From a virus, in IMG/VR virus record IMGVR_UViG_3300009001_000006, positions 32,001 through 96,000 of that record: DNA of 64,000 bases. The stretch is one strand, 5' to 3'. Position 1 is the stretch's first letter. Every line of letters starts with the position of its first letter. Below, in pieces: positions 49,380 through 58,801 of the stretch. The notes under the pieces are model-generated. The model saw only the letters and a list, made by a program, of their open reading frames with translations. It did not search any database and was not told where the DNA came from. A program made the position numbers and the translations under genes.

Positions 49380-50240
49380 TTAATTAACTGTCAAATTATT
49401 ATATGTTGTATAAGTAAAAGTAATCGTTGCATTTCCGCCACCAGTATCGCCGCCACCATAAGTTACATTACTTAGTTTACAGTCTTCCATTGTGAAGGTT
49501 TTACCACATATATTTATAGCAATAGTTTGTTTATTAAAAGCTCCACCAGTAGGACTGGCACAACTGCCTACTTGAGACCATGCCACACCATCTGTGCTTG
49601 TGGCGCTAACCTCAAACTCTACAGTTACTTCTGCTGGAAGATTAGCATAAGTATGAACCCCTTTAAAACTGCCTAATCTGAGAATTTGCTCACGACTAAC
49701 AGATGTGCTAATGCTAATATTTGTAAGATTTCCGGCACCAGTAACTAAAGCTGGAGCACCACTAGCATAATGCTGTCTAGTTTTGGCTTTAGAAGTAGTG
49801 TCTAGACTGACGCCACCACAACTACCCCCTAACTGTTTATTATCAGCAAAAAATGTTATTTCTTCAGTAAATATACCATCAACAGGGAAATTGTATGTAG
49901 CACCACTAATACCAGCACCTGTACAAGATATAGAAGCACCAGGACTACTTAACAGAGGCGATGTGTCATCACCAATACCAAGACATACGGTTTTGTTAGA
50001 AGGTCCAACATTACTAATAAAATCGCCATTCCATATTGTTCCGCTAGTATTTGTAATAGCTCTAGTCACTGTAAATTCAACACTAGGAGCAAGATTCATA
50101 ACATCTACAGGTTTTACTTGACCAAGCTGGAAAACTGGCTCAAGATCAAAAGTGGTAGTTACGCCAACACTTTGGGCGCCAGCAATATTCTGCCCACCAA
50201 CGGAAATGGCGTGACAAGCATAAAAAATTCTATTAGGCAT
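49380..50240 (-). CDS. Tail tube-like protein, paralog 2
   Basis: Colinear similarity to 50320-51210 (NRIFYA.H, GAQSVG.TT.F.LE..FQLGQ, GGDTGGGNATIT). Confidence 0.7.
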   Translation of the reverse strand: MPNRIFYACHAISVGGQNIAGAQSVGVTTTFDLEPVFQLGQVKPVDVMNLAPSVEFTVTRAITNTSGTIWNGDFISNVGPSNKTVCLGIGDDTSPLLSSPGASISCTGAGISGATYNFPVDGIFTEEITFFADNKQLGGSCGGVSLDTTSKAKTRQHYASGAPALVTGAGNLTNISISTSVSREQILRLGSFKGVHTYANLPAEVTVEFEVSATSTDGVAWSQVGSCASPTGGAFNKQTIAINICGKTFTMEDCKLSNVTYGGGDTGGGNATITFTYTTYNNLTVN

Positions 50241-50271
50241 CTGTTTTCTCTCCCTTTATTGTTTTAAAATA

Positions 50272-50300
50272 ATCGAAGGGGGCCGAAGCCCCCAATCGAT
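50272..50300 (-). terminator. Terminator-like hairpin with UUCG loop after tube paralog 1
   Basis: Minus strand ATCGATTGGGGGC-TTCG-GCCCCCTTCGAT followed by TATTTT. Confidence 0.7.
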
Positions 50301-50319
50301 AGTATTCCCAGAATCAATA

Positions 50320-51210
50320 TCAAGCGTCTGTGATAGTTAATTCGTTGTAAGTGCTAAAGCTATAGGTAATAGTAGCATTTCCGCCACCAGTATCTCCACC
50401 GCTATAGTTAACGCTAGTAAGCTTGCACTTATCGCCAAGATCAAACGTATAAGCAAGACCATCAGCGTCACAAATCTTAACAATAATTTCACGATCATTA
50501 GCAGCAAGACCACTACAAGCAGTATCTGGAATATCAACAGCTACTCCATCAAGGCCAGTAGCACTTACCTCAAATTCGCAAGTAACTTCAAGAGGGAAGT
50601 TAACAAAACGATGAAAAGGCTTTAAACTACCAAGCTTGTACATGCTTTCACGACCAAGGTCAGCACTAATACTAATACTAGTAATATTTTTGCCGCTAAC
50701 TTCAGTTGGAATAGTGCAGTTTGGAATATCAACATTTTGTCTTCTGAGTACAGTTTTATCTGTAGTAGCAGGAGCACTTACAGTTCCAGTAATAGCTTTA
50801 GAATTACCAACAAAGGTAACTTCTTCTGTTAAATTACCATCAACCGGGAAAGTGTAGCTAACACTTGAAACAAACATACCGCTACAAGTAATAGCGCTAA
50901 CATTAGTAAGACTAGCAGCAGTGTCATCGCCAACGCCAACTATAATGGTGGTATCATCGTTAGCATTTTCAATTAAACTGCCACCATCCGTAGCAAGCTT
51001 CCAAATGGTACTTTCACCATCAAGCACTTTAGAAATAGTAATCTCAACCTCAGGGTCAAGTGAAATGTTGTCATATAATGCTAATTGACCAAGCTGGAAA
51101 GCCTGCTCAAGATTAAAATTGGTAGTAATACCTACACTTTGAGCGCCCTGTACGGTTGTGCCACCAACATCAACACCGTGAGAGGCATAAAAAACTCTAT
51201 TATTTGCCAT
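50320..51210 (-). CDS. Major tail tube protein, paralog 1 (ORF track start 51225)
   Basis: Beta-rich, after neck genes, own promoter motif, SD GGAG and downstream terminator. Confidence 0.72.
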   Translation of the reverse strand: MANNRVFYASHGVDVGGTTVQGAQSVGITTNFNLEQAFQLGQLALYDNISLDPEVEITISKVLDGESTIWKLATDGGSLIENANDDTTIIVGVGDDTAASLTNVSAITCSGMFVSSVSYTFPVDGNLTEEVTFVGNSKAITGTVSAPATTDKTVLRRQNVDIPNCTIPTEVSGKNITSISISADLGRESMYKLGSLKPFHRFVNFPLEVTCEFEVSATGLDGVAVDIPDTACSGLAANDREIIVKICDADGLAYTFDLGDKCKLTSVNYSGGDTGGGNATITYSFSTYNELTITDA

Positions 51211-51260
51211 AGTTAAAATCTCCATCGAATATTATAAGGATTTAGTGGGAACACTTAAAA

Positions 51261-51271
51261 TAGTATACACC
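51261..51271 (-). promoter_or_regulatory. Candidate late promoter GGTGTATACTA
   Basis: Intergenic, about 50 nt upstream of tube ATG. Confidence 0.55.
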
Positions 51272-51276
51272 AATTG

Positions 51277-52269
51277 TTAAATATCATCAAATATTATTTC
51301 TGCAGTTATTCTAATTTTAGCTTCTTCGAAAAAATATCTACTTTCTACCTCTGACACCACAAAATCTTTCAAATGGCACTTTTTCCATCTTAATTTATGT
51401 TTTTTAACCATTTCTCCAACTTCGTTTTCTATCTCAAAATTATAGTCATTTTCTTCATTATAAAGAAGCTCATCGTATGTATTCCTGTTGCCATTTAAAG
51501 ACCCGTCAAAATTATAGGGTAATACCCCTTCTTTAACCAATAGATTGGTATCATATAGCCAAATCACTTTATCTTCTTGTAAACGAATAATATCTATAAT
51601 AGAATTTCTATGAGCTGGATTATTAGCTACTATATGTAAAATAATATCTTGACTAGAAATCAAAGATTTATCACCTAGTTGATATGGTACAGAAGTTCCT
51701 CGTGGCACAGTCTCTATTATAATACTAGGTAGCTGAATTCGGTTTTGGTTGAATATAGCATATTCTCCGGTATTTTGATTAAACTGTGTAGTATCATTAA
51801 CAATATCTGATTGAAATTGTTTCCACCATATTAAATTACTATTAGATTTATGAATTTGTACCCATCTAAAAGAATAATCCATTAACACATTACTAGAGAT
51901 GGAAACCGGTTCATTAAATATGACTCTACTATTAACATAATCTAAAATATAAGAAGAAGCTGGATTTCCGTCTACACTCACCCCACTAATCAGGGTAGGA
52001 GAAGATCCATCAAAATTCACATTTTCCCAAACCCAATCACTATGTCTAGTTTGCCAGACCTGACCATCTGCATAATTAGGATCTTTTACTACAGCTAATT
52101 TATTTGGACTATCATTATAGCTATTAGCAGCACTATTAACGTTAACAAAGCCTCCAACATTCAGAAAGCCCCAATCTAAAAATGATTTAAGATTATTTTC
52201 TATATTGGAAATAAATAGATAATCGTTGATAGATCGTACACCAGTGAATTTCTCGTCGCCTACGGCCAT
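51277..52269 (-). CDS. Putative tail terminator / neck protein
   Basis: Position before tube gene; RIQLPSIIIE...PYQLG. Confidence 0.55.
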   Translation of the reverse strand: MAVGDEKFTGVRSINDYLFISNIENNLKSFLDWGFLNVGGFVNVNSAANSYNDSPNKLAVVKDPNYADGQVWQTRHSDWVWENVNFDGSSPTLISGVSVDGNPASSYILDYVNSRVIFNEPVSISSNVLMDYSFRWVQIHKSNSNLIWWKQFQSDIVNDTTQFNQNTGEYAIFNQNRIQLPSIIIETVPRGTSVPYQLGDKSLISSQDIILHIVANNPAHRNSIIDIIRLQEDKVIWLYDTNLLVKEGVLPYNFDGSLNGNRNTYDELLYNEENDYNFEIENEVGEMVKKHKLRWKKCHLKDFVVSEVESRYFFEEAKIRITAEIIFDDI

Positions 52270-52272
52270 ATG

Positions 52273-52923
52273 TTATTTCCTTAAGGAGTCTTCTAAAAGT
52301 TTAAAAACCTGGCCTTCTACGCTGTCTATGGCCTCTGTAATCCAGTTTTTATTAGCTGTTCCAGCAAAAGCTGGAGGAACACCCCATCTGCCACCAGATT
52401 TGCCAATCATCACAGCCTCGCCTGTTCTAGATCTAGGATTGCTACCAAATTTAATTTCATAGTCTTTAATAATTTGTTTATCCCCAAATAATAAAAGCCA
52501 TTTTAGCCATTCTAATCGGGAGCCCTTTTCTGTATTTACTACAGCTGCTGCTGTTGATAAAACATCAGAATAATCAGATTTTATCATAGATAATTTAAAA
52601 GAACCAATAATTTCATTACTTTTAATTCTAGGTTTTGTATATGTCACTTCTAAATTTTCCCAAAATCTAAGAATTTCAGACAATCTAGAAGATGCGTTAT
52701 CCAACCCAAATTCTTTTCTTAATTGACCAGATATCAGAGATCGATAGGTGGTATGATTAGTGATGGCGCTAGAAACTATACTAACAATATCCGCTTTACA
52801 TTTAGTAAAAGCTTTTTTGAAATATTTGTCAACTTCACCAGATAGTGCTTTTAATATTTTTTGACTAATCTGCGAATTAGTTTCTCTAATTTTTATATTA
52901 GCAATAATCATGATCTTTTCCAA
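52273..52923 (-). CDS. Putative neck / tail-completion protein
   Basis: Position in neck cluster; WLKWLL, FAGT..NWITEAI. Confidence 0.5.
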   Translation of the reverse strand: MEKIMIIANIKIRETNSQISQKILKALSGEVDKYFKKAFTKCKADIVSIVSSAITNHTTYRSLISGQLRKEFGLDNASSRLSEILRFWENLEVTYTKPRIKSNEIIGSFKLSMIKSDYSDVLSTAAAVVNTEKGSRLEWLKWLLLFGDKQIIKDYEIKFGSNPRSRTGEAVMIGKSGGRWGVPPAFAGTANKNWITEAIDSVEGQVFKLLEDSLRK

Positions 52924-53405
52924 TTAGTAAAAATATACCTATTATCACCAAGACCGACTGGCATGGGTTCGTTATCTCTAATAAAAATATTATTGGTCAA
53001 ATAATCTATATCTGTATTAAATATAATCTTAGAACACTGTTTAATACTATCTAAATAACCTATACTACATATAGTTTGAGCATCAATATCTGCTTTATTA
53101 ATAGGACCTATAAAATTTTTACTATCTGTTAATACAGCAAAATGTACCTGCTTCTCTGCTACACTAGAGTTAGTAACACCGCTACCAAGACAAAATGGGC
53201 ATGTTTGACCATTAGAGAACAATATAGGGCCACCCGGTTTATACTGGTTAGACGATTTTCGACTCATCGTATCATAAATACAATTAGGGCATTCACTAAT
53301 TTTAGTAGTTTCATATACCAAAGAGCAAGGTATAGTTAGGCCTGTACTAGCGAGTAGTATATCTATTTGATTATTATATAAAGTTTTAAGTGGAGATAAA
53401 TCCAT
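52908..53405 (-). CDS. Putative head-closure protein with zinc finger
   Basis: CPNC...CPFCLGSG; position after adaptor. Confidence 0.5.
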   Translation of the reverse strand: MDLSPLKTLYNNQIDILLASTGLTIPCSLVYETTKISECPNCIYDTMSRKSSNQYKPGGPILFSNGQTCPFCLGSGVTNSSVAEKQVHFAVLTDSKNFIGPINKADIDAQTICSIGYLDSIKQCSKIIFNTDIDYLTNNIFIRDNEPMPVGLGDNRYIFTNWKRS

Positions 53406-53932
53406 TAGCTATAAAACCCATCACGAGTACTACGGGCTGGTAAATCAGAAACGAAAAGAAATCTAGGGTCAAAATTATTGCCAACAAAAGGACTGAGTAC
53501 TGCACTAATCGCACTAGCATTACCTATATTATGTTGCTGTTTAAGATGTTCATATATAGAGCATGGGCCCACATCTAAAACTGTTTTATAACCAGCTAAA
53601 TTACCAGATACTTGTAAAGAGGCTGGTCCAAGAGATGTTTTAATTCCTTCTGTTGCAGCTTTTGTTCTATATGTACTTTGATCTAAAAAACAAGCTGCTC
53701 TGAGAGCTACAAAACTAATAAAAGTATCATCTCTAGTATTGCTGCCACACGGATCGGGCGTGATCAGATTGTTCACGACATCTATCTGATATTCTTGATC
53801 TAATGTTAGATCCAATACAACATATTTGGCCCCAACAGTAATTAGCTGTATAATTCGTTCATTAGAATAATTATCTTCAAAATCATTAATTAATGATCTA
53901 ACAATAATAGGTATTTCTGTCTGCCAGTACAT
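53405..53932 (-). CDS. Putative head-tail adaptor
   Basis: IVRSLIND...YSNERI N-terminus typical of adaptors; position. Confidence 0.55.
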   Translation of the reverse strand: MYWQTEIPIIVRSLINDFEDNYSNERIIQLITVGAKYVVLDLTLDQEYQIDVVNNLITPDPCGSNTRDDTFISFVALRAACFLDQSTYRTKAATEGIKTSLGPASLQVSGNLAGYKTVLDVGPCSIYEHLKQQHNIGNASAISAVLSPFVGNNFDPRFLFVSDLPARSTRDGFYS

Positions 53933-53975
53933 AGAGCATTCCTTATAGTAGACTATCTAATTTATTAAACTACTA

Positions 53976-53986
53976 TAATTTACACC
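53976..53986 (-). promoter_or_regulatory. Candidate late promoter GGTGTAAATTA
   Basis: Intergenic, 44 nt upstream of adaptor ATG. Confidence 0.5.
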
Positions 53987-54000
53987 TAATTATACTAAAA

Positions 54001-54159
54001 CTATGATTCTGTTTTATTGTTTTCAGCAGTTTCGAGTATTTTCTGAATCTTATCGTATAAATTACCAACAGCTACAAAATCAGCTGGTCTAAAAAGCCCT
54101 TTTTGGGCACTTACGTCCAAAACACTTAAAATAACCCTGTAGTCTTGTTCTGTTAACAT
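54001..54159 (-). CDS. Small hypothetical protein (52 aa), not in ORF track
   Basis: MLTEQDYRVILSVLDVSAQKGLFRPADFVAVGNLYDKIQKILETAENNKTES; SD AAGGA upstream. Confidence 0.7.
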   Translation of the reverse strand: MLTEQDYRVILSVLDVSAQKGLFRPADFVAVGNLYDKIQKILETAENNKTES

Positions 54160-54198
54160 AATATATAAAATCCTTTGTAAATGTGTTTAAAATAAAAA

Positions 54199-54930
54199 TC
54201 AAGGTATGGCGTCTGGCGCTATGCTCTGTGTGTTAGTTTCTGTATAGCCGCTAATATCTCCACCTACTTCTAGTAGATCCAGTTTACATACCCAATTAAC
54301 ATTCTTACTAGCAGCACCTTTGCCTTGTATTAATAAATCGTCGCTCGTATCGCTATCTACATTGATACTAACGATAATAGCCTGAACATCCCACGAACTA
54401 TCACTCTCATAAAGAATAGTCTTAACAGGAGTGCCTAATATCGACGCCCCATAACCATCATTGGCTATTATGCCTTCAAGCTTATATGCCGCATTATCTT
54501 GACCATTTGTTCTGCGCGCTACAATATTAGCTGTAAACATAAAAGTTCTGTTATTGCTTAATCTTATGCTGGATCCATTGTTCGCAATAGTTGTAAAAGT
54601 ATCGTTTGTTGTAGAAGTTCTTAATACATACGAACTATTTTGGGCATCACCATTGGAAACAAAACTTCCATTAGATATAACAGTGCGTCCATCACTAGTA
54701 ATTCTGAGCTTCTCGGAAGCGATAGCATCATTAGCTGTAGAAAATATTAAAGAAGTAGCATTATTAGAATCATTAAATGTTTCTTCAGCAACAGCAGAAA
54801 TACTGGCCGCAATAGAAGTGGCAACTGGGCCATCGCCATCGCTGGCGGCAGCCCAGTTTATTCTACCAACTATATCCCCTGAAATAACATCACTATCATT
54901 GCTCTGTAATGTTATTGAATTTAATCCCAT
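54199..54930 (-). CDS. Tail fibre-like protein
   Basis: GRINWAA, AVAEETF..NNATSLIFSTA, EKLRITSDG fibre-type motifs. Confidence 0.6.
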   Translation of the reverse strand: MGLNSITLQSNDSDVISGDIVGRINWAAASDGDGPVATSIAASISAVAEETFNDSNNATSLIFSTANDAIASEKLRITSDGRTVISNGSFVSNGDAQNSSYVLRTSTTNDTFTTIANNGSSIRLSNNRTFMFTANIVARRTNGQDNAAYKLEGIIANDGYGASILGTPVKTILYESDSSWDVQAIIVSINVDSDTSDDLLIQGKGAASKNVNWVCKLDLLEVGGDISGYTETNTQSIAPDAIP

Positions 54931-54943
54931 ATTAAACCTACTA

Positions 54944-56566
54944 CTAGATTACGTACCACACATTGTTATAAAACACCATGCTAACGCTTTCGTTTTCATA
55001 GTAAAGATTGATGCTTCCACCATCTATACTATGTCCACTGTTACCGCTAATAGTAAGTGTACCACTACCATCATCAACTTTCTTAACAGTAGCGACTTGA
55101 CCATTGCTAGGACTAGCATGCATAGTTAAAGTAAAACTATTAGTGCTAGTGGTTACAAGAGTTACGTCGTTACTAGCTGTAGAAGCTGAATTAGCAGTGT
55201 CAACAGACTTGAAGCTAGCAGCAGCACCAGCTACGAGCTGGCCGCTACCATTTCTTGTGATAGTACTACCATCAATTTGAACAGTCATGACACCGCTGCT
55301 AGCAGCAAGAGATGTATTAGCAGTTGTACCAGCAACGCCAGCAACCATGTCTGCAATAGTGTCTCTTTTTGAAGTACCATCACTATCTCTAAAGAACATG
55401 CTATCTGCAGCAACATCTACAGCAGCATCACTAACGATAAGACTACCAGTAACATCACCAGTAACATCACCAGTCAAATCGCCAGTAACATTACCAGTCA
55501 AATCGCCAGTAACATTACCAGTAACATTGCCAGTTAAATCACCAGTCACATCACCGGTCACATTGCCAGTCACATTACCTGTAACATTACCAGTTAAAGT
55601 ACCAGTAATGCCACCAGAAGCACTAAGGGTGGTAAATGCACCACTACTAGCTGCATTAGCTCCAATAGCAGTTCCATCAATAGCTCCACCATTAATGTCT
55701 ACGGTAGTAAAAGTAGAAGTACCGCTTGAAGTAATATTACCCGTAACATTACCGGTTACGTTGCCGGTTACATTACCAGTTAAATCACCGGTTACATCAC
55801 CAGTAAGATCACCAGTTACATTACCAGTCACATTTCCGGTAACATTACCAGTTAAATCACCGGTTACATCACCAGTAAGATCACCAGTTACATTACCGGT
55901 AACATTTCCAGTAACATTTCCAGTAACATTGCCAGTTAAATCACCGGTCACGTCACCAGTCACATCTCCGGTCACATTACCTGTTAAATTACCAGTAACA
56001 TTACCAGTAACATTACCGGTAAGATCACCAGTAACATTACCAGTTACATCACCCGTAAGATCGCCAGTAACATCACCAACAATATTAGCCGCAAGTGTAC
56101 CAAGACTAATATCTAAATTACCAGTACTTGCGCCAGTAGCTGTTGTAGTACCAAGAGTAAATCTGTCTTCGCTTTCATCCCAAACGAAAACAGCATTATC
56201 TCCAGTACTGCCTCTTTCGATAATAAAACCAGAATCATTACCATTGCTTTCAGCACCATTATTCAACTCAATCAAAGTGTCTGCAACAACAGTATTGGTA
56301 CTATTAACAGTAGTTGTAGTACCATTAACGGTAAGGCCACCATCGATAGTTACATTGCCGCTAGCATCAATAGCGATTGCGCTATTAGCACTATCTGAAC
56401 CAATATAACCACCATCAGGAAGCACTACACCTGGGGCATACAGCTTGCTATTATCGTAATACAGATTACTGCCGTCCGAATCAAATTTGTTAGAGCTTGC
56501 ATCAGAACCAAAAAACACCAAACCCTTTTGATTGCCGCCGCCGGCAGCTATAGGACTATAACTCAT
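54944..56566 (-). CDS. Fibre protein with G-[ND]-[VL]-T repeats
   Basis: GGLTVNGTTTTVNST, DSGFIIERG, WDESEDRF, long tetrapeptide arrays. Confidence 0.75.
   Translation of the reverse strand: MSYSPIAAGGGNQKGLVFFGSDASSNKFDSDGSNLYYDNSKLYAPGVVLPDGGYIGSDSANSAIAIDASGNVTIDGGLTVNGTTTTVNSTNTVVADTLIELNNGAESNGNDSGFIIERGSTGDNAVFVWDESEDRFTLGTTTATGASTGNLDISLGTLAANIVGDVTGDLTGDVTGNVTGDLTGNVTGNVTGNLTGNVTGDVTGDVTGDLTGNVTGNVTGNVTGNVTGDLTGDVTGDLTGNVTGNVTGNVTGDLTGDVTGDLTGNVTGNVTGNVTGNITSSGTSTFTTVDINGGAIDGTAIGANAASSGAFTTLSASGGITGTLTGNVTGNVTGNVTGDVTGDLTGNVTGNVTGDLTGNVTGDLTGDVTGDVTGSLIVSDAAVDVAADSMFFRDSDGTSKRDTIADMVAGVAGTTANTSLAASSGVMTVQIDGSTITRNGSGQLVAGAAASFKSVDTANSASTASNDVTLVTTSTNSFTLTMHASPSNGQVATVKKVDDGSGTLTISGNSGHSIDGGSINLYYENESVSMVFYNNVWYVI
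55445..56078 (-). repeat. 12-bp tandem repeat arrays encoding GNVT/GDVT/GDLT
   Basis: Two arrays (approx. 55445-55605 and 55735-56078); 56-bp perfect direct repeat at 55770-55825 and 55842-55897. Confidence 0.92.
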
Positions 56567-56608
56567 ATAAAATTCTCCATTTTGCTGTGTAAAAAATAAC
56601 CAAAACCA

Positions 56609-57073
56609 TTAAATTATACACCAATTATTGCCGTCAGATAATAATGTTATAGATTCATTTTTATAAAATAAATCATAAGAGCTTAGATCATCAATAGTTT
56701 CATTATTTTTTGTTTTAATGTTTACAGTTTTTGTAGTGCGATTTTTAATTCTAATAATTTTGCCAAGATTATCAAAAGCTGTATGTAGTGTAACGTTAAT
56801 TGTATTAGATAATGTACCTACTTCGCTATCGATAATCACAACTACATCCTCAAACACACTAACTTCATAATCTCCAGCAACTTGTGATGTTTCAGAGTAT
56901 GGTACAGATCCGAGTGGTTTATTAGTATTGGTAATAGCTATAGTTTCATCCACAACATCTATGTTGTGTAAATTATTTTCAAGCTTTACTTCTACGGAAG
57001 GGTTGCCTTCGGGATTTACTTCTATAATATTAGTGTTTTGATTAATAGCGACTTCTAAGTAATAAGTAGACAT
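56609..57073 (-). CDS. Putative virion protein sharing a C-terminal domain with the fibre
   Basis: IDD...LFYKNESITLLSDGNNWCII vs IDG..LYYENESVSMVFYNNVWYVI. Confidence 0.6.
   Translation of the reverse strand: MSTYYLEVAINQNTNIIEVNPEGNPSVEVKLENNLHNIDVVDETIAITNTNKPLGSVPYSETSQVAGDYEVSVFEDVVVIIDSEVGTLSNTINVTLHTAFDNLGKIIRIKNRTTKTVNIKTKNNETIDDLSSYDLFYKNESITLLSDGNNWCII
56612..56622 (-). promoter_or_regulatory. Candidate late promoter GGTGTATAATT
   Basis: 46 nt upstream of fibre ATG; overlaps the last codons of the upstream gene. Confidence 0.4.
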
Positions 57074-57094
57074 GAATTAAGAATTCCTATATAT

Positions 57095-57688
57095 CTATGA
57101 GCACACGCTCTGGGTGTCACTAGAGCTATATCTTTTTACAATATTTATATTGCCATATAATATTCTAGAAATATGTTTATCTCCACCGTCAGACCAATCG
57201 TTCGGAGACTCTAGGTCCAAATCATATTTAGCTTTATTAAATCCAAAAGTATCTGTAACATTGGCTGGTATTATTAAAGAAATCCTGCCACTAGAATTCA
57301 CGCTAAAAGTATATTTCGTATAATCTGTATTACTGGACTTATACTGATATGTAACAGGCTCAAAATAGATGGTGCTACCAGCCGATAGTGTAACATTATT
57401 AGAAAGTTTGGCTATAGAACCACTAAATTCAATGATATATGTATTAATCGGTATATTATGTCCTGTTATCATTCCGTTATCAACAAGCAAAGAGGGATCG
57501 GAAACTTGAATAGTATCTGAACTATTGACAGCAGAAATAACCTTAGCTTCATATCTTTCTGTTTTCCATATCAATTGAGCACACCAATTTGTAAGATTAA
57601 CAGGTTGTTTATCAGAGTCTTTATATATAAAATCAATCCTGAAAGAACTACCTTGCTCTATAGAGAAATCATATTTACCGGCAGCCAT
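57095..57688 (-). CDS. Putative virion structural protein (BppU/LtfC-like beta sandwich)
   Basis: YDFSIEQGSSF, PVNLT, GRISLII....T, KYDLDL, RILYG. Confidence 0.6.
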   Translation of the reverse strand: MAAGKYDFSIEQGSSFRIDFIYKDSDKQPVNLTNWCAQLIWKTERYEAKVISAVNSSDTIQVSDPSLLVDNGMITGHNIPINTYIIEFSGSIAKLSNNVTLSAGSTIYFEPVTYQYKSSNTDYTKYTFSVNSSGRISLIIPANVTDTFGFNKAKYDLDLESPNDWSDGGDKHISRILYGNINIVKRYSSSDTQSVCS

Positions 57689-57713
57689 ATTATCCTTATA
57701 CCTTTCTGGTGTG

Positions 57714-57749
57714 AAAAAGAAATAGCCGACCCTTTGTGGAGCCGGCTAC
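57714..57749 (-). terminator. Rho-independent terminator after major capsid gene
   Basis: Minus strand TAGCCGGCTC-CACAAA-GGGTCGGCTA followed by TTTCTTTTT. Confidence 0.8.
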
Positions 57750-57776
57750 TTCGATATCATAAGCAAAGCTTAAAGA

Positions 57777-58778
57777 TTAAAGAGAGCCAAGAAGCACTCT
57801 TCTGTTATCTAGAACAGCAAAACCCTGCTCAGCCCATCCATAGAAGCCAGCTCTCTTTTGACGATGAAGGGTATCATCTTCAAAGATTTGAACTTCTTGA
57901 CGAACTGGCATGATAAATGAATCTCTCTTTCTAAGGTCAAGACCAACAACAATTTCGCTGTCGCCAGCATCAATAGTGCCAGAAAGAACATTATCATAGA
58001 ACTCTTGATATTCTTGGCCTTCGCCAAGCTCATCAACGTCATGAAGGTTTACACCAAACACGCGATTAACATTACCGTCAGCAGCGGTATAGATCTCACG
58101 ACGAGTAATCTCATCGACCTGATCAACGCCCCAGTTTCTGATATCTTCCATAGCCTCTGGTGAGACATAAAGATCGGTAAGGATACCTCTGTTATTACTA
58201 GCAGAGTTACCGCCACCATTACGACGCATAACGGTCTTCATAAGAGAAACAAGTCTCTTAGTAAACTGACCAGCATCAGCGTCACTATCATAAACAACAA
58301 TATTACGGTCTACACCAGCAGCAAGCAAGGTGTGCCAACCGTCATCATTCATCTTCTTGACGAATTGTGCTTCGAGAACTTCCATAGCACGACCAACGAC
58401 ATCCCAACGGGCGTCACGAGCATACTTTAGAAGATAGTCGATACTTGCACCAATATCATAGGTAGGAACCATGACATAATCGCCTTCGACATGTCTTTCT
58501 GGTACATAACCATGATTAGGTAAAGTATAAGCAACAAAATCAGCTTCTGTTCCAGGAGCCAAGAAGTCTAATGGAAATTCTGGAGTAGCACCAGGAGCCA
58601 ATTGAATTGGTTCAAAGATGCCATCAAGAATATCTCCACTAAGAATAGCTTGACGCAATGGAAGCTCAAGAGCTTTTGCAAACTCTCTACTAGCAGCCAA
58701 AGACTGCTCTTTTTCAGCAGAACCTGATCTAACTAAGAGATCAGTAAGCTCAGCGGATGGTTCAAATTTATTAGCCAT
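57777..58778 (-). CDS. Major capsid protein (HK97 fold likely)
   Basis: 333 aa after protease/scaffold and decoration gene; strong SD and terminator; GFYGWAEQGFAVLD C-terminus. Confidence 0.8.
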   Translation of the reverse strand: MANKFEPSAELTDLLVRSGSAEKEQSLAASREFAKALELPLRQAILSGDILDGIFEPIQLAPGATPEFPLDFLAPGTEADFVAYTLPNHGYVPERHVEGDYVMVPTYDIGASIDYLLKYARDARWDVVGRAMEVLEAQFVKKMNDDGWHTLLAAGVDRNIVVYDSDADAGQFTKRLVSLMKTVMRRNGGGNSASNNRGILTDLYVSPEAMEDIRNWGVDQVDEITRREIYTAADGNVNRVFGVNLHDVDELGEGQEYQEFYDNVLSGTIDAGDSEIVVGLDLRKRDSFIMPVRQEVQIFEDDTLHRQKRAGFYGWAEQGFAVLDNRRVLLGSL

Positions 58779-58801
58779 GTTTATATATCTCCTTTTTAAA
58801 C

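Noticed and set aside
55445-56078. Possible CRISPR array
   Set aside because: 12-bp coding tandem repeats with no unique spacers; the Cas4-like nuclease is a stand-alone replication-arm gene
55287-56408. 373-aa plus-strand ORF of PVTL/PVKS repeats
   Set aside because: Antisense shadow of the GNVT-repeat fibre gene; the repeat simply lacks stops on this strand
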